Source: Chthoniobacterales bacterium (GTDB lineage: Bacteria > Verrucomicrobiota > Verrucomicrobiia > Chthoniobacterales > UBA10450). From it: a DNA stretch of 64,000 nt. The stretch spans positions 662-64,661 of the forward strand of contig DATBCW010000144.1 in NCBI GenBank assembly GCA_036270255.1, in the 5' to 3' direction. The notes under the pieces are model-generated. The model did not search any database and had not been told where the DNA came from. It worked only from the letters and a program-made list of their open reading frames with translations. A program made the translations under genes and the position numbers. Below, in pieces: positions 8,801 to 16,800 of this stretch (positions within the stretch are counted from its first letter, which is position 1; each line of letters opens with the position of its first letter).

Positions 8801-11632
8801 GAAGCGTCGCACACGGGCCAATATTTGAGATCCGTCATCCCGACTGCAATCGAAGGACCTCGTGGAAAGTCGATCGTCGCTCGACGGGGTCCTTCGACTC
8901 CGCTGCGCTTTGCTCAGGATGACGAATCGTTAGCGCGCGCGGCTGAAACGCCTGGAAACTACCGCGCAAATGGTAATGGAACCGCATCTCGCGCCATCCA
9001 AATCCACGGGGCGCGGGAGCACAATCTCAAGGACATCTCGCTTGCCATTCCACGCGACCAGATGGTCGTGATCACTGGGTTGAGCGGCTCGGGAAAGTCG
9101 ACGGTCGCCTTCGATATTCTCTTCGCCGAAGGGCAGCGCCGGTTTCTCGACAGCATGTCGCCGTATGCGCGGCAGTTCGTCGAGCAACTGGAGAAACCCG
9201 ACGTCGATCTCGTCGAAGGCGTGCCGCCAAGCGTTGCGATTGAGCAGCGGGTCACGCGCGGCGGCGGCAAGTCGACCGTCGCTACCGTCACCGAGGTTTA
9301 CCATTTTCTTCGGCTCCTCTTCGCGAAAACCGGAACCCAATTTTGCCCGGACTGCGATCTGCCGGTCGAAAAACAGAGTGTCGCCGCGATTGTCCGCCAG
9401 CTTGAGACCGCGGTGAAACGCGGGCCGCTCAAGGTTCTCGCGCCGCTGGTGAAAGCGCGAAAAGGTTTTCACACCGATGTGGCGCGCTGGGCGGAACGCC
9501 AGGGATTCGACACGCTCTTCGTCGATGGCCAGCTGATTCCCGTCGCGCAGTTTCGAAAACTCGAGCGGTTCAAGGAGCACACGATCGATGTCGTGGTCGG
9601 CGCGATCGACGCGAAACGAATTTTGAAAGCGCGCAACCTCATCCAGCGTGCGCTCGACATCGGCCGCGGCACGGCGCATCTGCTCGATTCCAAACAGCGT
9701 CTCACCGTGATGAGCACGGAAATGAGTTGTCCCGGGTGCGGCCGGGCCTTCGAGGAGCTCGATCCGCGTCTATTCTCTTTTAACTCCCCCCATGGCGCGT
9801 GCGAGGAATGCGGCGGTTTCGGAGAAATTTGGGACCGCGACAAACAGACCGGAAACGAGGATACCGGTGATTCCGTGCTCGAAAACGAACTGGCGGCGGA
9901 ACGCGAATCGGAATGGATCGATGAAGAGGAAGCGGTTCCATGTCCGGCGTGCCTCGGGTCGCGGCTGAACGCGATTGCGCGGCACGTGCGGCTCCAGGGC
10001 CACACGATCGATAATTTCACGGCGCTTTCGGCGGGCGAAGCGTCGCAGCTTATCAGCAAGCTAAAGTTTCGCGGGAATCAGAAGACCGTGGCGGACGATC
10101 TCGTGCCGGAAATTTCGCAACGCCTCCGGTTCATGCAAAACGTCGGGCTCGGTTATCTGGCGCTCGGGCGTTCGGCAAAGACATTGAGCGGCGGCGAATC
10201 GCAGCGGATCCGGCTGGCGGCGCAGCTGGGCTCGAATTTGCGCGGGGTTCTCTACGTTTTGGACGAACCGACGATTGGCCTGCATCCGCGCGATAATTTG
10301 CGCCTGCTCGAAACGCTGACGGCGTTACGGGAAAAAGGGAACTCGCTCGTGATCGTCGAGCACGATGAAGAAACGATGCGGCGCGCCGATCACATCATCG
10401 ATCTCGGACCGGGCGCCGGCGTGCATGGCGGCGAAGTCGTGGTCCAGGGGACGCTCGCTGATATCGAGAAGCACGGCGGCTCGGAGACCGGGCGTTGCCT
10501 GAAAAATCCGCTCTGCCATCCGACGCGGACGGAGCGCCGGTCGTTAGGCGAGGTCGAGCAATGGATTGAGATTCGCGGCGCGCGCGCGAACAATTTGAAG
10601 AACGTCGATGTCCGGTTTCCGGTCGAGCGGCTTTCGGTCATCACAGGAATCTCCGGTTCGGGCAAATCGACCTTGATGCGTTCGGTCCTTTTGCCGGCGG
10701 TGAAAGAAGCGCTAAAAAGAAAACACGGCGCGCAACGGGAGTTAGTTTCGACAATCTCCGGCGCGGAATTTTTCGAAACGGTTTACGAGGTCGACCAGTC
10801 GCCGATCGGCAAAACTTCGCGCTCCACCCCGGCGACGTACATCAAGGTTTTCGACGAGATCCGGAAGCTGTACGGACAACTGCCGGTCTCGCGCGTACGT
10901 GGCTACACCCCGAGCCGGTTCTCGTTCAACACCGAGGGCGGCCGTTGCGAAACGTGCGCCGGCCAGGGCGCGATCAAGCTGGAGATGAGTTTTCTGCCGA
11001 GCAGTTATGTGCCCTGCGAGGATTGCGGCGGCCGGCGCTACAACGCGCAAACCCTCGAAGTTCTCTACAACGGAAAAAGCATCGGCGACATCATGGAGAT
11101 GACGATCGAACAGGCGGCCGCGTTCTTTGCCGCGAACCAAAAAATTGCGCGACCGCTTTCACTCCTCGTGGACACCGGTCTGGGCTATCTGAAGCTCGGC
11201 CAGCCGAGTCCAACCTTGAGCGGCGGCGAAGCGCAGAGATTGAAACTGGCGACGGAACTCACCCGCGGAATCGGTCGCGCCCAGAACGAGCGGATCCGGA
11301 AAATGCGCAAACCGAAATCGACGCTCTATCTCTTGGAGGAACCGACCATCGGCCTACACATGGCCGACGTGGAACTGCTCCTGAAGGTGCTTCACCGGTT
11401 GGTCGACGAAGGGCATACCGTGATCGTCATTGAGCACAACGTCAGCATCATGGGCGAAGCCGATTACATCGTCGACATGGGCCCGGAAGCCGGCGCTGAG
11501 GGAGGCGAAGTCGTCGCCAGTGGCACGCCTGAGGACATCGCCAAGAGTCGAACCAGCCGCACCGCGCCCTTCTTGCGCGAAGTGTTGAAAACGAAGCGGC
11601 GAAAAAACGGCCTGTCGACGCGAGCCGCTTAG
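5831..11632 (+). CDS. uvrA: Tandem (double) UvrA-family ABC ATPase: two complete UvrA-like units in one 1,933-aa polypeptide
   Basis: Uninterrupted frame from GTG 5831 to TAG 11630-11632. Unit 1 has Walker [10 protein letters not shown] and GVSGSGKST, signatures LSGGEVQR / LSGGESQR, Walker [13 protein letters not shown] / [12 protein letters not shown], and Cys pairs CPNC, CAHC..CPEC, CPSC, CERC..CAEC. Unit 2 has [82 protein letters not shown]. Confidence 0.85.
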   Translation: MGSTTAEKPCVTAPPESGCVEIRGARQNNLKGIDLDLPLGELTVITGPSGSGKSSLAFDTIYAEGQRRYVETFSPYMRQFLDRMDKPRVDEIRGIPPAIAIEQANPVKSSRSTVGTMTEINDYLKLLMPRIARAFCPNCSREIRPETARSITDHVLQELSDQTALITFWVAVPPKTEPRTFFDFIQQQGYLRIWIDNEIVRVDSDKKIKRLGARVQVIQDRIAVTQANRTRLVEAIETALRFGKDKINVIPIPPSAFLPHPYSTGWHCAHCDLDIRPPTPGLFSFNNPLGACPECRGFGRTIAIDLNKAIPDRSLSISQGAVRVFRGEEMGESQRDLMRACARNEIHVRVPFEDLPKADQDFVINGEARDEDTDVEELAENDRWYGVRGFFKWLESKTYKMHVRVLLSRYRAYTTCPSCKGGRFQPETLNYRIVSPPPVAAVYDRRNGEKNIGAVGAHRLPLQEREVARSLPEIALLSIIDARNLFAGLALPANDSTAEMLRNEVVARLRYLCEVGLGYLTLDRSTRTLSGGEVQRVNLTTCLGASLVNTLFVMDEPSVGLHPRDIGRLVRVMHDLRDKGNTLLVVEHEEAIIRASDNIVDIGPGRGEYGGQLVFNGPLAEFVGQAHRLPNRKTASGALALQESLTQDYLSGAKRISIPKSRRKSSSSIRITGAKEHNLKNLDVEIPLGIFNCVTGVSGSGKSTLIHDVLYRHLMLAKGQSNDQEPGACKSVTGAHRVGEVVMVDQTQLARTPRSTPILYLGLYDRVREMFAAQTEAMAQGLTASAFSFNSGSGRCERCCGTGFEKIEMQFLSDLYVRCAECEGRRFQPHVLRVKVYGKSIHDVLELTVSEAIQFFAQIGESKSLGDKLDVLDEVGLGYLRLGQPLNTLSGGESQRLKLVRHLTEIGDANAENGKLFIFDEPTTGLHFDDVAILMRLFQRLVDGGNTIVVIEHNLEVIKCADWIIDLGPEAGEDGGQLVAAGTPEALAKIEASHTGQYLRSVIPTAIEGPRGKSIVARRGPSTPLRFAQDDESLARAAETPGNYRANGNGTASRAIQIHGAREHNLKDISLAIPRDQMVVITGLSGSGKSTVAFDILFAEGQRRFLDSMSPYARQFVEQLEKPDVDLVEGVPPSVAIEQRVTRGGGKSTVATVTEVYHFLRLLFAKTGTQFCPDCDLPVEKQSVAAIVRQLETAVKRGPLKVLAPLVKARKGFHTDVARWAERQGFDTLFVDGQLIPVAQFRKLERFKEHTIDVVVGAIDAKRILKARNLIQRALDIGRGTAHLLDSKQRLTVMSTEMSCPGCGRAFEELDPRLFSFNSPHGACEECGGFGEIWDRDKQTGNEDTGDSVLENELAAERESEWIDEEEAVPCPACLGSRLNAIARHVRLQGHTIDNFTALSAGEASQLISKLKFRGNQKTVADDLVPEISQRLRFMQNVGLGYLALGRSAKTLSGGESQRIRLAAQLGSNLRGVLYVLDEPTIGLHPRDNLRLLETLTALREKGNSLVIVEHDEETMRRADHIIDLGPGAGVHGGEVVVQGTLADIEKHGGSETGRCLKNPLCHPTRTERRSLGEVEQWIEIRGARANNLKNVDVRFPVERLSVITGISGSGKSTLMRSVLLPAVKEALKRKHGAQRELVSTISGAEFFETVYEVDQSPIGKTSRSTPATYIKVFDEIRKLYGQLPVSRVRGYTPSRFSFNTEGGRCETCAGQGAIKLEMSFLPSSYVPCEDCGGRRYNAQTLEVLYNGKSIGDIMEMTIEQAAAFFAANQKIARPLSLLVDTGLGYLKLGQPSPTLSGGEAQRLKLATELTRGIGRAQNERIRKMRKPKSTLYLLEEPTIGLHMADVELLLKVLHRLVDEGHTVIVIEHNVSIMGEADYIVDMGPEAGAEGGEVVASGTPEDIAKSRTSRTAPFLREVLKTKRRKNGLSTRAA
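7142..7220. repeat. Palindromic element (TGTAGCGGC family B) inside the UvrA ORF, read through in frame
   Basis: cctgtagcggcggtctatga (7142-7161) versus tcatagactgccgctacagg (7201-7220), a 20-nt inverted repeat with 1 mismatch. Translated as ...[26 protein letters not shown]... Confidence 0.75.
7696..7755. repeat. Palindromic element (TGTAGGGCAGGCG type) inside the UvrA ORF, exactly 60 nt, in frame
   Basis: tgtagggcaggcgcaccgc (7696-7714) versus gcggtgcgcttgccctaca (7737-7755), a 19-nt inverted repeat with 1 mismatch. Translated as [20 protein letters not shown]. Confidence 0.75.
8834..8923. repeat. Short family-A-related palindromic element in the linker between the two UvrA units, 90 nt, in frame
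   Basis: gtcatcccgactgcaatcgaaggacctcg ... cggggtccttcgactccgctgcgctttgctcaggatgac. Translated as [30 protein letters not shown]. Confidence 0.75.
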
Positions 11633-11697
11633 TTGTAGCGACGGCGCTCTGTCGCCCTGCCAGGCATTCGGACGGCAACAGAGCGCCGTCGCTACAA
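11633..11697. repeat. Palindromic element family B (TTGTAGCGACGGCGCTCTGTCGCC), directly after the uvrA stop; possible terminator-like hairpin
   Basis: 24-nt arms 11633-11656 / 11674-11697 with 1 mismatch. Begins 1 nt after TAG 11632. No T-tract. Confidence 0.8.
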
Positions 11698-11746
11698 CAA
11701 GCAGGTTGCTGCCTCCAGCATTATCGTCGAACATCGCTCGCCCAAA

Positions 11747-12703
11747 ATGCTCGGCTATTACTTGCACAACCTCGATCCGTTCATCTTCCGAATTTCCGGC
11801 AACATCGGACCGCGCTGGTACGGGATGGCTTACGTGTTGGCGTTCGTCTTCGCCTATCTGCTTCTCCGCGTCTTGTCGAAACGCGGCTATCTCGATCTGC
11901 CGGTTTCGGCGCTCAGCGATTTCGTCACGTGGGTAGCGTTTTTCGGCGTCATGGTCGGGGGCCGAATCGGCTACGTCCTCTTTTACAAGCCCGAGATGCT
12001 GCGCGATCCACTCTCGATCCTTCGTGTCTGGGAAGGTGGCATGTCGAGCCACGGCGGAATTATTGGCGTGGTCGTCTTCACCCTGATCTATTCCCGCCGC
12101 CACAAATTGCCGTGGACGAATCCGGGCGACAATCTTTGTGTCGTTGCCCCGATCGGATTGTTCCTCGGCCGGTGCGCCAACTTCATAAACGGTGAGCTCT
12201 ATGGCCGCGTCACGACTGTTCCGTGGGCAATGCAATTTCCGAAGGAGCTGTTGGACCCGGCTAACGCCGCCCAGGCGAATAGCACCCTCGCAAACTGTCA
12301 GTATATCGATCCTTCAATCAGGTCGATCGAATCGATGATCGACGCCGTGCGGACGAACCCGAAAATCGCCGATATCCTCCGCGGCGTTCTCACGCCGCGC
12401 CACCCCTCTCAACTTTACGAAGCCGCGCTCGAAGGGGTGGTTCTTTTCTCGATCCTCTGGTTCGTCCGGACGCGCTTCCGCACCCCAAACGGTTTCATCA
12501 CCGGTTTGTTTCTCATCGTTTACTCGGTCCTCCGGATCATCGTGGAAAATTTTCGGGAACCGGACGCGCCGTTGGTCGGAATGTTTACCCGCGGCCAATT
12601 CTTTTCCCTGTTCACCGTCGTGATCGGGATCGGGTTCATCGTGGTCTCGCGGCGCAATCCCAGTTATCCGCGGGCGCTGAAGAAAAATCCTCGGAAAAAA
12701 TAG
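11747..12703 (+). CDS. lgt: Prolipoprotein diacylglyceryl transferase
   Basis: RWYGMAYVLAF, GGRIGYVLFY, VWEGGMSSHGGIIG, GRCANFINGELYGR, PWAMQFP, RHPSQLYEA. Confidence 0.92.
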   Translation: MLGYYLHNLDPFIFRISGNIGPRWYGMAYVLAFVFAYLLLRVLSKRGYLDLPVSALSDFVTWVAFFGVMVGGRIGYVLFYKPEMLRDPLSILRVWEGGMSSHGGIIGVVVFTLIYSRRHKLPWTNPGDNLCVVAPIGLFLGRCANFINGELYGRVTTVPWAMQFPKELLDPANAAQANSTLANCQYIDPSIRSIESMIDAVRTNPKIADILRGVLTPRHPSQLYEAALEGVVLFSILWFVRTRFRTPNGFITGLFLIVYSVLRIIVENFREPDAPLVGMFTRGQFFSLFTVVIGIGFIVVSRRNPSYPRALKKNPRKK

Positions 12704-12769
12704 AGGCGGGTCGACGAAGCGCTTTTCCTTTCGCCAAAACTCTCGTATTACTTCCGGGAGTTGGCGCAC

Positions 12770-13525
12770 ATGCTCCTGGCGATAATTCTGGCGACCGGCG
12801 GTCTGACCTTCGCGTTCGAACACTCGACCATCGCCGGCAAGATCGTTCTCAGCCTGCTCGCGGTGGTTTCGATTTTCAGTTGGTCGATCATGATCACGAA
12901 GCTGCGCGTGGTCCGGTTTGCCCAAAAACAGAGGGCGCGATTCCGGGCTGCGTTCCGGAAAGATCGCCAGCCGCTGCGGCTTTTCGAAAACCGGGCAAAT
13001 TTTTCCGGTTCGCCCATCTTCAACGTTTACCAGGCCGGCTGCGAGGAAATGACGTTTCAATTGCTCGGCTCCGCCGAGGTTGACGAAACTTTCAAGGCGC
13101 GTCTTGGGACCGCGGAGAAAATTGCGCCGGCGCAAATGCACGCGGTCAATGCCGCCATGGAGCGCGCCGTCGGCGAGACCGCGCTCAAATTGGAATCGCA
13201 GATGATCCTGCTGGCCACGGCGGTGAGCGGCGCGCCTTTTCTCGGATTGCTCGGCACGGTCTGGGGCGTGATGGACACGTTCACGGATGTCGCGGTTGCC
13301 GGTTCGCCAAACCTGACGACGATGGCGCCCGGCATTTCCGGCGCGCTCATCACCACCGTGACCGCGCTCTGCGTCGCGATCCCGGCGATGTTCGGTTACA
13401 ATTTTTTGGTCACGAGCATCCGCGGCATCATCGTCGAGATGGATAACTTCGCCGCTGAATTGGCCTCAGAGTTCGAGCACAAATACGTCGATCATTCGGT
13501 GCGCGCGACGGAAATCCCGCGATGA
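12770..13525 (+). CDS. MotA/TolQ/ExbB-family proton channel
   Basis: ATAVSGAPFLGLLGTVWGVMDTF ... APGISGALITTVTALCVAIPAMFGYNFL. ATG 12770 preferred over track TTG 12761 (GGGAG lies 9 nt upstream of the ATG). Confidence 0.85.
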   Translation: MLLAIILATGGLTFAFEHSTIAGKIVLSLLAVVSIFSWSIMITKLRVVRFAQKQRARFRAAFRKDRQPLRLFENRANFSGSPIFNVYQAGCEEMTFQLLGSAEVDETFKARLGTAEKIAPAQMHAVNAAMERAVGETALKLESQMILLATAVSGAPFLGLLGTVWGVMDTFTDVAVAGSPNLTTMAPGISGALITTVTALCVAIPAMFGYNFLVTSIRGIIVEMDNFAAELASEFEHKYVDHSVRATEIPR

Positions 13526-13941
13526 GACGCTATTCACAGCGGCACAATCTTTCGACGCTCTCGGAGATCAACATCACGCCCCTGCTCGATCTCGCGTTTG
13601 TTTTGCTGATCATTTTCATGATCACGACGCCGCTCCTCGAAAACAGCATGAACCTGATCATTCCTTCGAGCGGCGCGGCCAATGCGCCAGTGAAGGCGGG
13701 GCAGGTCCAGACCATCTCGATCGACCGGCGCGAGACGATAAAGATTAACGACCGGACCGTGCCGTCCGCCGACCTGGTCGCGCGGCTGACCGAATTGAAG
13801 CGAGCGAATCCCGATGTTGCGATCGTGATTCGGCCGGACCGCGAATTGCCGGTCCAGAAACTGGTCTCGCTGATGGATGCTTTGCAACGGGCGCAGATCA
13901 ACAAGGTCGGGATCGCGACGAAGGCGGAAACGAAACAGTGA
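13522..13941 (+). CDS. ExbD/TolR-family biopolymer transport protein
   Basis: INITPLLDLAFVLLIIFMITTPLL, C-terminal periplasmic domain. ATGA start/stop overlap with the upstream gene. Confidence 0.85.
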   Translation: MRRYSQRHNLSTLSEINITPLLDLAFVLLIIFMITTPLLENSMNLIIPSSGAANAPVKAGQVQTISIDRRETIKINDRTVPSADLVARLTELKRANPDVAIVIRPDRELPVQKLVSLMDALQRAQINKVGIATKAETKQ

Positions 13942-14762
13942 GGCCACGAGACGCGCGCTTCTGGCGGAACGCCGCCCTGGTCGCGGTCGTTCATCTCGTC
14001 GTTTTTCTCGCACTGGCCCGTGGGAGTCGTGAGGCAACCCCCACGAATTTGCAGACAGTTGTTTGGATGAACAGCGAGGTGTCCGCGGCCTCAGAGCCGA
14101 AAACGGCACCGGCTCCTTCGCCGACTCCCGTGGAGATCGCGGAACCGGCGCCGAGCGTGGTGGTCGCGAAGAGTGAAATTCAAATGCCTTCGCCGACGCC
14201 AACTCCGACGATCGCGCCGAAGCCGACCGTAACACCGAAGCCAAGCGCAACGCCCACGCCAAAGAGTTCGCCGAAGCCGACAGCGAAACCGACTCCCAAA
14301 GCCACTGCAAAGAAAAGCGCGGAGCCCAAGGAAACGCCGAAGCCCGCGAAGGAAAAAGATGAGAAAAAATCTACAACGGCAAAGAAAGATTCGAGCACGT
14401 CCTCGAATCAAACCGTTGAAAAGTCTGATTCCTCCAAAGGTTCAGGGACGGGGACGACGCAGGCCTCGGAGTACGCGTGGTATGGGACCATGCTTCACGA
14501 TCGTTTTCACAAGGCATGGGAACAGCCCAAGAGCATCGTCGCGACCGGCGCGAAGATGTCTGCCATCGTGAAAATCCGGATCGAGAAAGACGGCAGAGTC
14601 ACAAAGTTCACGATCGTGAAGCCGTCCGGAAACGTGGCGGTGGATGAATCGGTGGCCGCCATCGCGCAACGCGTCACCCAGGTGGATCCGTTGCCCGAAG
14701 GACTGACGCAGAAGAGCTATTACGAGGTGAAAATCGACTTCGAATTGAATGCGGAGAAATAA
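13938..14762 (+). CDS. TonB/TolA-like energy transducer (N-terminal anchor, Pro/Lys/Thr-rich spacer, TonB_C-like domain)
   Basis: GTGA overlap with exbD. Anchor LVAVVHLVVFLAL, spacer PSPTPTPTIAPKPTVTPKPSATPTPKSSPKPTAKPTPK, C-terminus VKIRIEKDGRVTKFTIVKPSGNVAVDESV. Confidence 0.7.
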   Translation: MRPRDARFWRNAALVAVVHLVVFLALARGSREATPTNLQTVVWMNSEVSAASEPKTAPAPSPTPVEIAEPAPSVVVAKSEIQMPSPTPTPTIAPKPTVTPKPSATPTPKSSPKPTAKPTPKATAKKSAEPKETPKPAKEKDEKKSTTAKKDSSTSSNQTVEKSDSSKGSGTGTTQASEYAWYGTMLHDRFHKAWEQPKSIVATGAKMSAIVKIRIEKDGRVTKFTIVKPSGNVAVDESVAAIAQRVTQVDPLPEGLTQKSYYEVKIDFELNAEK

Positions 14763-14767
14763 TTCTT

Positions 14768-14843
14768 CTGTAGCCGTCGCCCTGTGGGCGACGTGCGTGG
14801 AGGCGTCATCGATCTCGCGCTTCGCACAGCGAAGCGGCTACAG
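14768..14843. repeat. Palindromic element family B (CTGTAGCCG...CGGCTACAG) with two internal hairpins
   Basis: ctgtagccGTCGCCctgtgGGCGAC...CGCTTCGcacaGCGAAGCGgctacag. Lies between convergent tonB-like and ligase genes. Confidence 0.75.
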
Positions 14844-14851
14844 AAAACGCG

Positions 14852-15880
14852 TCAGAGGAGCGCCAGCGACTTTCCCTCGCGGTGCTCCACCTGATCCATG
14901 GTGCATTGGCGAGGCGCCTTGTCGGGACGGTAACGAACGATCTTCGTGCCGTGGCGAAACCGTCCGCCGGTAAAATGATCGTAGGTCACCTCAACGACGA
15001 TCTTCGGATTGACCGGTTCCCATTCCCCGCTCCGCTCCGTACTCCAACGGCTGGGACCGCCGGGCGCGTTGCCGGTAAATCCCGGCGCCTTTCGAAGCGC
15101 TTCGAATTTTTTCGTGAGCGCGGGACGCTCGCTTGCCTTGAACGCGGAAGTGAACCCGACGTGATGGAGCAGGCCATCGTCGTCGTAGAGGCCGAGGAGC
15201 AACGATCCGAGCACAGGCGCGCCGGCCGCGTAACGAAATCCGCCCACGACACAATCGGCCGTGCGAATTTGTTTCACCTTCACCATCGCGGTGCGCTCAC
15301 CCGAAGCGTAGGGCGCGTCGAGCAGCTTCGCGATCACGCCGTCAAGATCGCCGCCGACTTTGTCGAACCACTTCTTCGCTTTTGCCAGGTCGGTCGTCGC
15401 GGGGGACAGACGGACGGCGCTTTTCGACTTCAGATTCTGTTTCGCGAAACCTTCGAGTAATTTCCGGCGATCGCGGAGTGGCAAACCCAGCAGCGATTTG
15501 CCAGCGGTGTCCGCGAGCAGGTCGAACACGATGAACAGGGCAGGGTGCGCCGCGGCTAGTTTTTGAACACGGCTGGCGGCGGGATGGAGACGGAGTTGCA
15601 ACTCGTCGAAGACAAGTGCGCCCTTCACCGGGATCGCGAGTTCCCCGTCGAGAACAAAGCGTTTTGCCGCAATCTGTTCGAGCGCCTCGACGATGTCGGG
15701 AAAATAACGGGCGAGTGGCTGGCCGGCCTTGGATTGCAGGAAAACTTTGCTGCCGTCACGAAAAGCGATGCAGCGAAAGCCGTCCCATTTCGGCTCGTAT
15801 TGCCATTCGTCGCCGATGGGGATTTCGTCGATGGAGCGGGCTTCCATGGGAGGAATGGGCGGTTTAAGGGCGAGCGTCAT
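14852..15880 (-). CDS. ATP-dependent DNA ligase (minimal adenylation + OB type)
   Basis: EPKWDGFRCIAF (KxDG motif I), LDGELA, FIVFDLL, KLLDAPYASGERTAMVKVK, RFRHGTKIVRYRPDK (motif VI-like). Confidence 0.88.
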   Translation of the reverse strand: MTLALKPPIPPMEARSIDEIPIGDEWQYEPKWDGFRCIAFRDGSKVFLQSKAGQPLARYFPDIVEALEQIAAKRFVLDGELAIPVKGALVFDELQLRLHPAASRVQKLAAAHPALFIVFDLLADTAGKSLLGLPLRDRRKLLEGFAKQNLKSKSAVRLSPATTDLAKAKKWFDKVGGDLDGVIAKLLDAPYASGERTAMVKVKQIRTADCVVGGFRYAAGAPVLGSLLLGLYDDDGLLHHVGFTSAFKASERPALTKKFEALRKAPGFTGNAPGGPSRWSTERSGEWEPVNPKIVVEVTYDHFTGGRFRHGTKIVRYRPDKAPRQCTMDQVEHREGKSLALL

Positions 15881-15885
15881 GAGTT

Positions 15886-16043
15886 GTCATCCCGAGGCTG
15901 GCGCAGCGCGCCGAGGGACCTCGCAGGCGCTCCCATCGCTTCCGCGAAACATTGTGCGTTTGCCGCCAGTGTGCGCACCGCCCTTCGCGCAAGCGGAAAT
16001 TGCAACTGTGAGGTCCCTCGTCGTCTGCGCGACTCGGGATGAC
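15886..16043. repeat. REP/MITE-like element family A, copy 3
   Basis: gtcatcccgaggctggcgcagcgcgccgagggacctcgc ... gtgaggtccctcgtcgtctgcgcgactcgggatgac. Its left end is 5 nt from the ligase start codon. Confidence 0.85.
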
Positions 16044-16067
16044 ACCTATTGAACGTACCGATCAAAT

Positions 16068-16691
16068 TCATTTTCCACCATATCTTCGCGGCTCGAGCTT
16101 CGGCGGGCGCTTTCCTTTTCGCACGGCGCCGGCGACGGAAATGTAATTCAGCTCGGAGCGATCGACGGCGCAACGGAGGAGCAAGCCTCCGCGGCTCATG
16201 TCGCCGCGCCCAACAAAATCGGCGGGGAAACAGAGACGCTGACCGAAATGTTCGAGAAGGACGTCGACGTATTTCGCGGTGGCGATGCTGCCGAGCAGAA
16301 CAACCTCAGCGTTCGCCGGTAATTTTTTCGCCAGGCGTTGGACGTCGCGCTCGAGAGGTTCGCGATAACGAGGATCATTTTCGTGAATGTCGACTTCGGC
16401 GAATTCGCTGAGATCGGCGAGCCCAACTGGAGTAACGGCCGGAACAAGACCGCGCGTCGGCGTGATGACGAGGACGGCTGAGCGTTTACGTCGAGGTGGA
16501 ACGAACGCGTTCGCATAAGCGAGTTTTCCCCGGAAATAGAGACCGCTGAGGAATGCGAAGACCTCGCCCAGGCTCGGCGGCTTTTCACTGCGGAGCCGCC
16601 GGGCAAGGTCGAACTGCGCGCGTTCGCTCATCAGCATGCGAGCGCGCTGGCCGCCGGCGAAGGCTGGAGAAAGCAGGAAAACGCGAGTCAT
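16068..16691 (-). CDS. Conserved-looking hypothetical protein upstream of the DNA ligase
   Basis: 207 aa from ATG 16691 (MTRVFLLSPAFAGGQRA...). Non-repetitive, balanced composition, blocks SGLYFRGKLAYANAF and FVGRGDMSRGGLLLRC. No family recognised. Confidence 0.5.
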   Translation of the reverse strand: MTRVFLLSPAFAGGQRARMLMSERAQFDLARRLRSEKPPSLGEVFAFLSGLYFRGKLAYANAFVPPRRKRSAVLVITPTRGLVPAVTPVGLADLSEFAEVDIHENDPRYREPLERDVQRLAKKLPANAEVVLLGSIATAKYVDVLLEHFGQRLCFPADFVGRGDMSRGGLLLRCAVDRSELNYISVAGAVRKGKRPPKLEPRRYGGK

Positions 16692-16725
16692 CCGTTGAAA
16701 GAATCGCGCTTTGGCGGCGTGATCA

Positions 16726-16797
16726 AGCGCTGTAGCCGCGGCGCTGCGCCGCCGCGTTTCGGGAGGCACGCCGACACAGCGGCGTGGCTACAGCGCT
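16726..16797. repeat. Palindromic element family B in the divergent region before purD
   Basis: agcgctgtagcc (16726-16737) and ggctacagcgct (16786-16797) are perfect 12-nt arms around a GC-rich core. Confidence 0.65.
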
Positions 16798-16800
16798 TGC

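Noticed and set aside
8800-8990. Possibility that the 1,933-aa UvrA ORF is really two adjacent uvrA genes or an assembly artefact
   Set aside because: There is no stop codon in the junction. The junction repeat is exactly 90 nt, so removing it keeps the frame. The halves are too diverged to be a collapsed or duplicated assembly. Internal initiation for unit 2 cannot be excluded, so it stays as a check in the finding.
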